Positions 1 to 12,500 of a stretch of DNA of 64,000 nucleotides are shown in pieces. The notes below the pieces were generated by a model, which saw only the letters and a list, made by a program, of their open reading frames with translations, was not told where the DNA came from and searched no databases. This DNA is from Camelus ferus. Taxonomy: Eukaryota. The position numbers were made by a program, and so were the translations under genes. The DNA is taken from NCBI RefSeq assembly GCF_009834535.1, contig NC_045697.1, positions 29,886,001-29,950,000 on the forward strand, read 5' to 3'. Numbering within the stretch: position 1 is the first letter of the stretch; each line of letters begins with the position of its first letter.

Positions 1-135
1 TAAGTACCCAATCTCTCTACACTTTAGTTTCCTCAGGTCAAAAATAAGGTTAATAATAGTGTCTACATTACTGGATTTTTCTGAGAATTAAATAAAACGT
101 GTATAGCGCCTAGCATATAAGTATACAGTGAATGT
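1..135 (+). mobile_element. MIR SINE fragment (core and 3' part)
   Basis: tagtttcctc..aaaataaggttaataatagt..gagaattaaata resembles the MIR core. Confidence 0.7.
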
Positions 136-409
136 AAAAAAAAGTTGTATGACGCGCTGCTCTCAGTCAGTAGTAAGCGGCAGTCACTCTCTTATGCTGG
201 GGAGAAGGGGAATCACAGAGCTCAAGTCCCGTCCTCATGGCCACGTATTTACGTAAAGGGGGGGACTGGGGTTCAAACCAAATTCCTTCTGACTACAGAA
301 GCTCGTATTCCTCCCACTGCACTTCCTTTTTCTGATTAACGAATGCTGTATCAGTGAGCGAACAGTAAATTCATGAATTTCATTAGCTTTTATTGGATAT
401 CATGCTCTG

Positions 410-610
410 GGTCCACTGTGTCTTAGCTGAGTAAACTTATGTGAGTTATTTCACACCTTTCTGTACCTCAGTTTCCTCATCTGTAAAGTGGGAGAGAGAC
501 TGGTATCTGTATATGGGATTGTATGAGCCTTCAATGAGTTTTAACACAGAAAGTGCTTACCGCAATGCCTGGCACACAGCATATGCTCAAGAAATGGTGG
601 TGATTGTTGG
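410..610 (+). mobile_element. MIR SINE
   Basis: ctcagtttcctcatctgtaaagtggg core and tgcctggcacacag 3' end. Confidence 0.9.
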
Positions 611-794
611 TTTTGTTCTCAGCACTGTCATCGTTGATGGTTTAGTGTTGTTTCACGGACTCTGCTTTCAGTGTGGGCTTCCAGCACTCTGACTTCTGCT
701 TTGGTTGAGGTGGTGGGTCTGGCACTCTCCCTCCAGGCATCACCCTTTTTCTGATATGAGCCACCAGAATTGCAGGTGGAGTGTTTGTTAAGAG

Positions 795-925
795 CAAACC
801 CTCATATTCGCTTATGTTACTTAGGGTGTATGCACTCTATAAATTTTTTAATATCTGGAAAATTCTGAATTTTAAAACATGTCTGGCCCCAAGGCTTTCC
901 AGTCAGCCTCTGTGCGGACCTGTAT
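795..925 (-). mobile_element. MER46C-like Tigger MITE fragment
   Basis: aattctgaattttaaaacatgtctggccccaagg...ggacctgta is the reverse of the MER46C left end as recalled. Confidence 0.7.
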
Positions 926-1086
926 GTAGTAAGATTACTTTAAACAGTCAGTAAGACTCTTTGAACCAGGACTCAGGATATTTTTTTTGACACAATTGTT
1001 AAACATAAAATAAAAGCAATGTTTGGTTGAACAATGAGTCAACATGTTTACCGAGACACGGTATCTCATTTTTCCTTAAGGTCTTT

Positions 1087-1186
1087 CATTCATTCAACCA
1101 ACATTTCAAAAAGTCCCCAGTATGTGCCAGATACTGTGTTAAACAAATAGGTCCAACATTTCTGCTTCTCAAACCTTATAGCCTGG

Positions 1187-1235
<49 letters not shown>

Positions 1236-1300
1236 AGAGAGAGAGAGAGAGAGAGACTTAAAAACAGACACATTTTAATATGTCCTGGTGGTTGCTGTGA
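1087..1300 (-). mobile_element. L2 LINE 3' end interrupted by a microsatellite
   Basis: tcattcattcaaccaacattt...tatgtgccagatactgtg is a reversed L2 tail. Confidence 0.7.
1189..1256. repeat. Compound microsatellite (GT)22-AT-(GA)11
   Basis: Read directly. Confidence 0.99.
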
Positions 1301-1595
1301 TTATCCCAAGCTGGTAGAAGTCTTGGTTGAAGGCTGAGAATTGAGAAGTCAAGTTTTAAGCTGAAGTTAAGGCGTGGGGTTCAGGGGAAAGCAAGGGTGT
1401 GGTGGAGAGAAGGTGGAAGTGGTCGGGGAAAAGCTGAAGCAGCACAGTGGTGCTTCCTTCCGATTGGCAGGACCAGTCTGCGGATTACTTTTCCCTAGGA
1501 GTGATATTCTGAACCTCAGAATAATTAGGTAAGATTTTGCCAATAGTGCTGTTCTGTCTCCCTTTTGGTTTGTTTTTGTTTTAAAAAAAAGTACT

Positions 1596-1747
1596 TATTT
1601 ATTTATTTATTGCTTTTGTTTTGTTTTGGGGGAGGTAAGTAGGCTTATTTATTTACTGATTTATTTTTAATGGAGGTGTTGGGGATTGCACCCAGAACCT
1701 GGTACGTGCTAAGCATGTGCTCTACCACAGAGCTATACTCTCCCCCC
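1596..1747 (-). mobile_element. Camelid tRNA-derived SINE (Vic-1-like)
   Basis: Reverse strand reads GGGGGGAGAGTATAGCTCTGTGGTAGAGCACATGCTTAGCACGTACCAGGTTCTGGGTGCAATCCCC, then an AT-rich segment, CCTACTTACCTCCCCC and an A-rich tail; homologous to 55408 and 63510. Confidence 0.9.
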
Positions 1748-2139
1748 ATCCCTTTTTGATATGAGCAACTAAAGCATCTTTTGTGAATGTTTTCCCCACT
1801 CACACACAGTCCTATGCATTTGACAGAGTTCTTTCTTCAGTCTCCTCCCTCCCTTCCCTCCTTCCTCTCTTTCCTTCCTCTCTTCCCTCTCTTCCACCCC
1901 TTATGAACATAGAACTGTGTATAATTTATGTAGCTATGGTGATTCTTGCTCCTGATCTTGTTTCACCTGTAAGGCCGAAGTGAAATTGAGGCCTTTTAGA
2001 AATAAACACACCAACACCCAGCTCAGTTTCAGGCACATGCTTTTAAAATGTTCGTTGAATAAAAGAACTTAGGCAAAAATTAAAAACTGTTTCTAAATTC
2101 TTGTTGGCAGCCTAAAGTAATCTTACCATGCATGGATCC

Positions 2140-2415
2140 ATGGATACTTACGTGAAACTCTTGGGGTCAAACACATTTCAGAATTTTTCAGGTTTTAAGG
2201 GGTTAACACAGTGCATATAACATATGTTAGGTGGCATCTCCGTTAGCAGCGCCCTCTATTCAAAGGCTTAATGTTATATGGATGTTTGCATTGGATAAAT
2301 AAAGACAACACGTAGCTTCAAGTGACTTCATGTCTGGTTTTGTTATGAATTGAGTTTTCACCAGGCTTATATACTTCTGGAATTTTGGAGTTGTGTTTAA
2401 AGAGTTGTGGACCAT
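2140..2415 (+). mobile_element. MER46C-like Tigger MITE, near full length
   Basis: gaaactcttggggtcaaacacatttcagaatttttcagg...ggataaataaagac...agttgtggacc. Confidence 0.75.
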
Positions 2416-3271
2416 CGTAGTTCTTCGCAGCTATTTCTTGCTTATGCTGCTGCTAGACGTTGCCCAGTCCCCTTTAAAAAATTGCATTCCTTTGGGTCAG
2501 ACAGAGTGGCCATCGATACTATTTGTTTTCTGTTTCCTGCAGGAAATCTGTATTTCTTATATGCTCCACAGTCAAAGAGAAAAATCAGAGGAAAATTCGT
2601 CTTCGGTCTTCCCTGTGGCTGTCTATGTTAGATAATTACCAGCTCTGTTTCTCAGTGATAAGAACACTCCTCTTGGCCGCCAGGTTTCTCAGTCCCTCTC
2701 CTGGTCCCTGCTTGAAGAATACAATGTCATTGTTCACTGCTTTTAATAACCTGGGTTTCGCCTGGTACAAATGGATTCTTAAATTGAGAAGAGCGTGTCT
2801 GTTTTTCTTCCGAACGTGTAAAAAGATTTCGAACATGAAACAGATTGTAAAGAGTAATTTACTTGTTTTAATACAGAGAGATGATGCCTTCTAATGGCTT
2901 CATGTCTGGAAAGGGTTGTGATGCTGTGAATGGTTCCAGCCCCAACCGCTTCTGCCCTATTTCTCATCCTGCAGTTTCCACCCTTAACTTCTCAGTACTC
3001 TCAGGGACTCTTTCTCCCACCACCCCATCTCTGTTTCTGTTAGCTGCTACCTCTGCTTCCTGCTGCTTTTACACCAGTTATATCGACTTCTAGTTCTTTA
3101 CCCCTGCAGACTGGGTGTCTGTGGGCACTGACTTGGGCAGCCAAATACCAACTCTAAAAACAGTTTCCTGACAAGCACACTGACTCTTTCTCACTCTTCA
3201 CGTCAGAGGCTTTTCTGGGATTCTGCTCACATATGCAGACACTTAAATGTCTAGTCTCATGGCTGTTTCAG

Positions 3272-3418
3272 AGAACTGGGGTTTCTGGACAGCTGAGAGC
3301 TGGATGTCTGAGGTGCTGCTGTTTATAGGAACATTTATATGCATGTGAATAGTTTTGCTCTGAAACCGCGGCTAGCTGTGAAATTTGAGAGAGTGAAAAG
3401 ATTTCTATAAAATTCCAG
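3272..3418 (+). other. Candidate non-coding exon; 5' boundary uncertain
   Basis: Perfect CAG|GTGAGT donor at 3418/3419; possible acceptor gtttcag ending 3271; stops in all three frames. Confidence 0.3.
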
Positions 3419-4029
3419 GTGAGTCTTAGTTCTTTTCATGGTATGTATATAAGAAGTGTTTTTCTACATTCTTCTGTATAATAGTGAAAGATTTATTCTA
3501 TGTGGATGTTTCATAGCAGACTTTAGTGAAATTTATGAATCATAACCGTATCCTGGCAATTTTACTTTAGAAATATTACGTGCTTAGAGTAGTTCAGATA
3601 ACTCAATCTTTTGAAGGTTCTCTCCTTATTACTGCCTTTCACAATTGAGGAGAGGTTTGAAAAGGGTTGTTCTCTGCGTGTGAAGAGTCTAATGCATGCT
3701 GCAGTTGGTTCCACACAAAACTGTCATTTCCTACCAGGGACTGCCCCTTTTAGTCTTAGGGTTGGCACGGAAACATTATTGCTTAAAAGCGCCACCCTAT
3801 TCCTGAGTGCAGTTTGACCAGTCTTTGTAAACAGACTTCTTCAGCCTTGTTGAAATTAGGAAAGATTGCAGCCCTCACATAACAGTTCACAGTTATTAAG
3901 CAATTGCTGTTGGCTTCCCTTTCATCTAAAATAATTATTACAGGTAAGACACTAGGTTAAAAAAATGCATTCATTTATACCCTTGATACATCAAAGCACA
4001 CCTGCTCAATGTTTTCTGTGAAATTGCAG

Positions 4030-4153
4030 TGAACACGCAGCTCCCCTACAGACGAAGGTGTGGGGTGGTAGTGTCCGCGCCCAGTGCCTTGCATAATTCC
4101 TGGGCACAGAAAGAGGCGTCCACCTCACACGTGGTGAATCAGTGAATGAATGA
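4030..4153 (+). mobile_element. L2 3' end
   Basis: cccagtgccttgcataattcctgggcacag...gtgaatgaatga tail. Confidence 0.65.
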
Positions 4154-5279
4154 TCATTGGTATGTCCTGATTCCATCTGATGATCAGAGAAAGTGGTCAG
4201 ACCTAAGTTATTTTACATCTGAGCACTTCTTGGATAGTTTAGAGAGAGAGAGGTTTTGAAACTGATGGCTTGAGATCATTTGAATTTTTGGAGAATTCCC
4301 ATTGCTCCCCCTGCTCCCTTCCTCTTCCCACCATGAACTGTCTAGGGTCTTCCTGGAGGCACTATTCATGTCTTCCGACTCAAAGGAAGGCCATGTCGCA
4401 TGTTTTAAGTACCACATGAAGTTTGTCCTCAGAGTAAAGCTTCCTTTGCCAAGCTCACAAATGATGGATTTTGTTTTCTTTCTGCCTGAGGGTCAAGAGA
4501 GTGGGCAGTTTTGTATTTATCGGTCCGCATGGCCATTTCCTCCCTCCTCCCCTGCTGCCCTCTCCATGTCTTATGCAAGAAATCAGTGGGTCTGGTGCAG
4601 TGACCTCCATGGGGTCAGACACAATTCTGGAAGCCTTTGTGTGCTCATTTCCTTAAATAAGTGGAAGGTAAAATGTTTGAAAGCAGGGCAGCTGTGGGCT
4701 GTTCCAGAACATCAGTGTTGGTTGTTTGTTTTTCTGGATTTTAACAAAGGAGTTTTTGCCAGGAGACCTTGGCCCTCCTGCTCATACAACACCCCCACCC
4801 CAACCCCAGGTTACAAAAATACATAACAAAAATAAAACAGAAGCCAGACCTGGGTTATCTTACCAAAACAAGACTTCTTCCTTCTTTAGACTGTATAAAC
4901 AAGTGCGTTCCCCAGTTAAGTTTCAGTCAGTCACTCCTGATGAATTCAGTGTGAGTTTTGCTTTAACTCATCCCACATTGCTAGTCCTTGGGGCTTAGTT
5001 CTGTTTCTTCACTTTGTTTACCCACCAAATGGTAAGCCCATTTGGAAAAAAAGAATGGTTTACAGTTTTTCTCCCCTCTCCATGTGTTCAGCAACTAGAA
5101 AAGAAAATTTCTCTGAAATGTGTGCTGGGTAATAAGAGGCAGTTTTCCTTGTGTGGTCTTAATAGCTCCATGGCTGGACTGCTCTGGAATTGAGATTCTC
5201 AAAGGCGACCTCTTGATGGGGCAGAGGAAGTGCTGACTTTCTAGTCTTTGGGAGAGAAGGGCATGTAGCAATGGAGAGA

Positions 5280-5515
5280 CAGAGTGGAGTAGTGGGAAAG
5301 AACAGGGAGACCAATCTACTTGGTTTTGAATCCTGGCTCTGCCTCTTGCTAGCAGTGGACCTTGGGCAAAGTCACTTAACTTCTCTGTGTCTTATCTGCA
5401 TAACGGGGATGGTAGTAGTACGTATCCCATGTTATGGTGGTTAGAGAACTTCGTATTTCTAAGGCACTTAGAGTCTAACAATTGATACCTGCTATTTAAG
5501 TATTTGTTAAATAAA
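5280..5515 (+). mobile_element. MIR SINE
   Basis: ttgaatcctggctctgcc...ccttgggcaaagtcacttaacttctctg. Confidence 0.85.
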
Positions 5516-5689
5516 TTAAAAAGAACTGGAGGTGGGAAAATGCTGGGAGAGATTAGTTTCAAGAACTCCAGGGGAGGGAGTTGATTTCAGATGAGAAGAG
5601 AGAATCAACGGGGATAAATGTGGCAGAGAAAGCAAGTGGCTGAGGATCAAAAGGCAGACAACCAGGTGACTGTTTGGAGATCTTAAGTG

Positions 5690-5810
5690 GCTTCTAACTA
5701 TTCAGATGTGCGACCTTAAGCCAGTCTGTAGCCTCCCCATCTGTAAAAGGTGACAGTTGGCTGGCTAGATATTCTTTTAGGTTTGTTCCAACTCCAGAGA
5801 TCTGTGGACT
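5690..5810 (+). mobile_element. MIR/MIR3 fragment
   Basis: gtgcgaccttaag...ccccatctgtaaaagg...ttccaactccagagatctgtg. Confidence 0.6.
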
Positions 5811-6799
5811 GAGCTTCCATTTTTAGTGATATGCTAGGAGCAGGAGCTGGACTGTGGCTTCAGGTAGGATTAAGGAAAGATGATAGTGTTCACACTGGTA
5901 CCTAAGCCATTTCCTGAGCAGGAAAGAGAAAAGAGTATCCTTGGGGGCAAGACTTAGACTGGGAGGCATGGAGTTGAACTGCTTCAGGAAGATAGCTGTT
6001 CACTGCTGCCTTAAGACTTTCATGTGTACTTCCCTTCCCCTCTCAAACATTTGGTTCCATTTCCTATTTTTTGACCCTTTCCCTTTCCAAGTTGCGTGTG
6101 AAAGGGTCTCGTTATTTGAAATCTCTCTACTTGGAAAGGAAGAAAGTGGTGTGCTTTAAGATGCTAGCAGCAACTTAAAGAGCAGGTGCAAATACTCTAG
6201 ATGAGTTTCAGGCAAAGGGAGAATACTTAAGGGGCTGTATTGAATTCTTTCTGTCTAACTTGAGAGCATATTTTTGATATTACAGTCCATCTGCACACCA
6301 TTTTCTTGTATTTTTTTTTTGAGAGTGTTTTATTCTCATATTCCCTTGGGCTTTTAAAATATTCCCATTTTACAAAGCAGCATTTGTTTCTGTTTGTTTG
6401 TTTTTGTTTTTGTTTGCTTTTAGCATTCTGACCCTGGGTTATTTGAATATAAATTTACTGTGTTTAGCCTCCAAGCCAGGGATACTCATTTCTGAGGAAT
6501 AAACATGTTATTCTGGCTTAAGATATGCAAACAGACTGTTCCCTACAGATTTTAGTATCTTTGAGAGGTGATGCTGAGGACAGTGGCCTTTGGAAGCATG
6601 GTTCAAACAGATATTCACCTTGGTTGTATTAATGTTTGTAGCAGGCTATGGTAAGCACAGTATTCTCAGATTTGAACCTAGAAAGAATTATGAAAAAAGG
6701 ACAATGGGTTCAACAGGAATGGTCATTCCACCTGTAGTCTTCAAGTTTTGCTTTCTTGACTTTTCTTCATTGAAGTTTCATCCAAAATATTTTTTGATC

Positions 6800-7208
6800 A
6801 ATCAGGTTGTGCTAGGTTATGCTGCAGTAACAAACAACACTCAAATCTCAGTTGCTTAAAACAATGAAGTTTTCATTATTGTTAGTGTTACATGTCCATT
6901 GAAGGCTGGCTTCAGGTTGCTCGTGGGCCTCACTTGTGGGTGTAGATTGATGGAGTCTTCTCCACCTGGAATGCTGCTGGTTCCCATGGTGAAAGGAAGG
7001 CAACATGGTGACTCATGTACCACATCTTGTGGGATTTGGCCTAGAAAATAATATTATTTCTACTCATATTTTATTGGCCAGTAAATGAAAGGCAAGTCAA
7101 GTCAAATGGCCACGCCTAACTTCAAGTGGGCAGAAAAGCGTAATCTTATCGTGTTTCTGGAGGGAGGAGACTCAGAAATATTTGGTAAACAGCACGAAAT
7201 GCCTGACT
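6800..7208 (-). mobile_element. MaLR LTR (MLT1J/K-like)
   Basis: ctaggttatgctgcagtaacaaacaac...atggccacgcctaacttcaag. Confidence 0.8.
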
Positions 7209-8044
7209 TTACATAAGCCAGATACTGTAATAGATGCTGCAGACACAAAAACGAAGGGAGTGTGTCCTTGTCCTAGAGAAAGTAAATTTCTGGGAAGCAG
7301 TTTTATATAGGAATTTCAAAATATAATGATGAAGCAAAGATGGTTTAAAAACCATCTCTGTACTAAAAGAGATTAGGTCTATCTCCTTTCTCACCCCTTT
7401 CCCCCAGTTTTTATAATTATTTTCTAGAAGCTGCAAGTAGCTACGAAATAATCTTCAGAACTTAAATCTGGTTAAGAAAAATTTGCTTTACTTAATTTTA
7501 TATAATGTTTAGGTCCTCCTTTGAATCATTATGAAACACACAGTTTTTGTGTTTTTGCCACGCTTTAGCAGTCTAAAAATTGAATGTGCCTGAGGAGAAT
7601 AACTTCTTTATTACATGCTGGCTGAAAACTCAGACAAAATTCCATTGAAAGCCAATTGGTTTTCTATTTTTTTTCCCTGTGTGTCCTTCAGCGCTGAAAT
7701 TGGAAATAAACCAGCATTATGGCTTTATAACAGAAAGTGTAGCAATCCTGCACAATACACAAGCAAATTTGCCATTTAAAATATCAGACATCTGTCTGAA
7801 GTTGGTGCTGGCCTTCTAAACTGCAACTGAATGTCCAGATTGTTATTTCTCCATCCTCCTCTGGGGCCTTTTCAATGCTGGGTTCACAGCCCCGTGCTTC
7901 TTGTCTGCTTCCTAGTGGGTTATGGGTTGTTTCCTAGAGTCTAGACGTGAAATGGAAAATGATTGTGTAATCCATTTCCTGTTCGTCTCTGCGAAATTCA
8001 AAGGAAGGTCTCCAAACTTTGAGATATACCACCTCCTCCTCCTG

Positions 8045-8280
8045 GGTAGAAAGAGCAGACGTGTGGGCTCTGCAGACGCAAGTGGAGATCCTGGCCGGCC
8101 TCTTGCTACCTGGACAACCTTGGGCAAGTGGCTGAGTTGCTTTCAGGCTCAGTTTCCTTCTCAGTAAAATGAGGAACATAAGAACTGTTTCAAAGTGTTG
8201 TTGTGAGAGTTCGGTATATGGTTTACGTAAAATGCCAGCAGTGTCTGACATGTAATAAGCACCCAATAAATATTCCCTGT
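8045..8280 (+). mobile_element. MIR SINE
   Basis: accttgggcaagtggct...ctcagtttccttctcagtaaaatgagg. Confidence 0.85.
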
Positions 8281-8689
8281 TGGCACAGGGCTTACTGGTT
8301 TTCAAAGGATTTCATCGGATATTATCTCACAGGAATTAATCGAGGAGGAAAAGGCATATAGCTGAATTGGATTTCCATTAACTTGCCAAAATAAAAAAAA
8401 AGAGTTTGAATTCTCTTGGAGTCACAGTTACACTTGGCTTTGCAAAGCTCTTATTTAATTGTGATGTGTGTCTGTTTTCTCCTCTGTTCATGTTTCTCCT
8501 CACTCGTCATCTTGTTGGATTCCATATACAATGAGTCCTTCTAACTACTTTTCTTAACTTTTACAAATCTTTTCTCATGCTCTTTTGAGTTCTGAGTGAT
8601 TACTTTCATGAGCAGTTTTAGGTTAAGGGCCGAGGGGCTGGGTGCCAATACAATAGGTAAAGAAAACAGAAACTTCAATAATTTTAATA

Positions 8690-8920
8690 ATAATGGCTAA
8701 CACTAATTGAATCTGTGCCCAGCTAGTAATTAAAGCTTTCTTTTCTCATATGAAACCACAGTTAATGTTCCCTCAGTAGTAAGATAGCTACTATTTGTGT
8801 ATTACAGATGAAGACATTCAGGCTGGGATAGTAAGTCACTCACTCTGGGCCACATACTTAGTGTTAACAGGTGCTGTTCCTGGAATTTGAATCCAGACCC
8901 TTTGATTTCAGAACAGCTTG
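8690..8920 (-). mobile_element. MIR SINE
   Basis: ttacagatgaagacattcaggct...ggaatttgaatccagac. Confidence 0.75.
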
Positions 8921-10131
8921 TTTTTCCCTTCCAAGCTCTACTGCACAGACAAATTTGAGTTCAAAATAGGGCGGTTATGTTCCCGGCTGATGAATGCTAT
9001 GTGAACACTGCTTGAGCAGATTAATCATGGCAACTAAAAATAACAGGTATATTGTTGCCTTTTGGTACAATCTAACCTTGCTTGTCTGGGTGGCTTTAAA
9101 ATATGTGTGGTGCTGCCCTGGATACCTGACAGGGACTTTTGAGACCTAGAACCCCATCCTTGGTATAACTCTTCATTTATAGCTTCAGATCGTGTGCACG
9201 CGTGGCCCCTTGTCCGCATCCACAGTGGAGGGGTTAGGAGTGAGAAGGAGTAAGAGTGCAGACGGAAAGCAGAGAAAGCAAACAGTCCATACTTTCCCGT
9301 CTGAGTGACTCTGTCATTTCTCTCACCCCTGACAACTTTCTAAGCAGATTGCCCTAGTAAGTCAGTCCAGCGGTCCTCAGTCCTTGTTTGGAATGGTGTC
9401 ATTTGGCCATGGCTTGGCTGTCAGTTTTCCATTTAAAAATATTTCCCAAAGTAAATGTTAAGGCCTCGGGGATGGCTCTTGATTGGGACTTTCAATTAAG
9501 AGGCTTACTTGGCTGGACACCGTTCTTAAATGATAGTGAACTTTCATGACTTAAAACCTGGTTGCTAAAATGCAGGTCGTTTGGGAGCTCTTAAAAAGAT
9601 CAAGTTTCTATTACAGTTTTTTTTTTTAAAGTAGGCAGTAGAGGCTGGTGCATAATTTTCTGATCTAGTTTCACGGTCCTTTTGATCAACCGCAAATAAG
9701 ACTAAATGTGACAGCATCTCTCAAAGGGTTAATACCCTGGAATTTCACACTTAACAATTGGCATTATGTCCTCTGCATTCTTGAGGAATTTTCTCACTGA
9801 TGTCAAAAGGTTTTGGTTTGTTATGCAAGACAGTGGTCCACTGACTTTGCATATCACATTCTCTTAATCAGACGGAAATCCCTGCATGCTAATTGGGGAA
9901 GAAAAAGAGTAGTGTAAGTGGTTCTTTGGCTACAGATGAATTAAATGCATGAGTGCATTTAGTTAAAAAAAATAAAGCACAACAAAACTCTTGCAAATGA
10001 GTGGACATTATGTTGAAATGGTTGCTCCCCACATTTTTGTCGCTTTGTGTGTCTTACTACCGTGTCACTGTGATTACATTTTAGGAAACCCTTTAATATA
10101 TTTATGTAGCTTATTTTTCTATTTTTCTGAC

Positions 10132-10580
10132 TGTTTTAGTTACTTATTACTGTGTAAGAAACCATCCAAACTTACTGGCTTAAAATAACAGCAGTTTGTT
10201 ATTTCTCAAGATTCTCTGAGTTGACTAGCTCAGCTGGGCGGTCCTGTTCCGTGTGGTGCTGGCAGGTCATTGTATTCACCTGGTGTTGAGAAGATGGGCT
10301 TGGAGGTCCAAGAAGTCTTCTCTCCCATGTCTGGTACCTCAGTGCTTTCCCATAACATGGTGACCTCCGGGCAGTTGATCTTCCTCAGGTAGCTGGCTTC
10401 TGAGGGACAGAAAGCAGAAGTTGCTAGTCCTCTTAGCGCTAATTCCAGAACATTACTTTAACTGTATCCTGTTGGTCAAAGGAAGCTACAGAGTCAGTCT
10501 AGATTCAAGGGAGGGGAATAGACCCCACCTCTTGATGGATGGAGAGGTCTGTGCTTAAAGGGAGGGAAGGAATTAATGGT
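10132..10580 (-). mobile_element. MaLR LTR (MLT1H/I-like)
   Basis: tagttacttattactgtgtaagaaaccatccaaacttactggcttaaaataac...agattcaagggaggggaatagaccccacctcttgatgg. Confidence 0.8.
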
Positions 10581-10589
10581 CAAAACTAG

Positions 10590-11930
10590 GCAGACAGGGG
10601 ATACTGAGGGCAGAGGGCCTTGTCCTGGCTGATGGGAATGCCAAAGGCAGAGGCAAGTTTTGTCCCACTTCCTGTTTAAGGTTTCTGGGTGGAGACTGCT
10701 ACGTGGAGTAACCTCATGCCAACCTGGAAAGGGTGACCAGCAACGTAAGAGGACTTGATGGTGAGGTCAGGTAGAAGGAGGTCTCAGGTGCACTCACAAT
10801 CCTCTCTCGGCTCCTGGGTGGTGGCAGAAGGCACCAGAAGTTCTTGATTTCTTCAAGGGAAGACTCAGAAGGTAGCTGAGTTAAAAGACAGTGGGCTTAT
10901 GCCAGGCGCTGGGTGGAGCATGAGACGCAGAGCTGTTTCTAGCACCACTGGCGGATGGCCAGTGGTACCCAAGGCCCTGAGCACTGGCTGTGGATGTCAG
11001 TAGCAGATTTGTTGCCAAAAGATCGGTCCCTGTCCCTGAGGAGCCAAGTTGAAACTCTGAGACAAGAGTCTTAGAGCACAGAAGAAAAGAGACAGCTTTA
11101 TTGCTCTGCTGGGCAAAGGGGACTCTCAGTGGGCTGGTGCCTTCAAAACTGTGCACCCATCTTGGGGATGGGGCAGGGTGATTATACAGCCTTAGCTCAA
11201 ACAATAAAGCATTGATGACAATCAGCAGAGTTATTTTCTTCTCAAAAGGCTCGGAGTGGCATCATGGTGTTTCCAGGTGACCAATTCTATAGAGGCTAGT
11301 GCTTGTCACTCTTTCCATCTCTTTATCTTATAAGCACCCAAGGCGTGGTCTTTTTGGTAATTCAGGGTATTTTGAAAGGTTACAGTCCCGTGACCTTCTC
11401 CCTGGACAACGACTCAGAGACCAAGCATGATTATTACTTTCAATTACTGAATTAAAGCAGAAACAGTGAAATTAATAGCTTTATTTTAACAACGGGCCTG
11501 GAGCTGTGAGTATAAGCTGGTCAGTCAGGTTAGTTGACCGTTTATAAGAAGAAGCAGTCTGTTAGCCCAAGTGTGGCCATTTTATTAATTCTCCTTCAGA
11601 TGCCCATGGAACATCAAGGGGGAGAGATCTAGCCAATCTCACTTCCGTGGTCCCCAGGCCAGGTAGCAGCCCAGACTGGCCACTCTGCAGCAGAGAGTAG
11701 CCAGGATTCAGAGGACACTATCCAATTTGTGTTTCCCACCTCCCATGTCACCATAATAATGGAGATACACACCCCTCTTCACATACCTAGCTACTATCTT
11801 GGAGGTATGCAGGAGGAGAGCAAGAAATCTCAGCACCGGATCGTGATGCCTGAAAAGACTGAACTTAATGGAACTGTTTAATTTATTGCATTGGACTAAA
11901 TATTTGCCAAATTGGTTTACAATTAGGTCT
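10590..11930 (+). mobile_element. Possible ancient LTR (MamGypLTR/LTR78-like) split by a younger solo LTR
   Basis: G-rich LTR-like sequence on both sides of the 11010-11598 insertion; 3' gactgaacttaatggaactgtttaa...ggactaa resembles these families. Confidence 0.4.
11010..11598 (-). mobile_element. ERV1-type solo LTR, probably camelid-lineage
   Basis: TG...CA termini; flanks GATT and GATG (3 of 4 TSD match); minus-strand TATAA near 11185 and AATAAA at 11097-11102. Confidence 0.8.
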
Positions 11931-11939
11931 CTCCCCTTC

Positions 11940-12388
11940 CAGTAGTCTGAATAATGGTGCTCAATTGTGTTCACGTTCTAATCCTTGGAACCCCTGAATA
12001 TGTTATCTTACATGGCAGAAGAACTTTGTAGGTGTGATTTAATTAAGGATCTTGAGGTGGACAGACTACCCTAGATTATCTGAGTGGCCCTGTATAATCA
12101 CAACGGTCCACGTAGGAGGAGTGAGATGGGATGCCAGAGCCAGATGTTGGAGTGACAGACTGAGGATGCAGGAAAGGGCCACGAGCTAAGGAATGCAGGG
12201 AGCCTCTGGAAGCTGGAAAAGGAGAAAAAAAAAAAGCTCCTACAAAGCCTTGAAAAGGAAAGTAGCCCTGCCGACACCTTGATAAGAGACTTCTGACCTC
12301 CAGAACTGTAAGAGGATACACTGGGGTTGTTTGAAGCCACTGAAATTAATGTGGTAATTTGTTACAGGAGCAATAGGAAATGAAATAA
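11940..12388 (+). mobile_element. MaLR LTR (MLT1D-like)
   Basis: ctaatccttggaacccctgaatatgttatcttacatggca...ttctgacctccagaactgtaagag...ttgttacaggagcaataggaaa. Confidence 0.9.
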
Positions 12389-12500
12389 AGTCACTTGGAA
12401 ACTCTGAAGCTCCAATTTCATTATTTGTCTGGGTGCAGAACAGAGCTAGAATTAGCTTTATTCTTTTCCACATTCATTCTTCTAGTAAGATATTATTTCT

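Noticed and set aside
795..2415. Oppositely oriented MER46C-like copies as a composite transposon
   Set aside because: Copies are highly diverged with no shared TSD; independent insertions are more likely
4302..4826. 174-aa ORF
   Set aside because: Non-ATG start, no recognisable domain, no supporting exon structure
10944..10966. 9-bp stem hairpin ACCACTGGC-GGATG-GCCAGTGGT
   Set aside because: Too short for a pre-miRNA; plausible by chance in 64 kb
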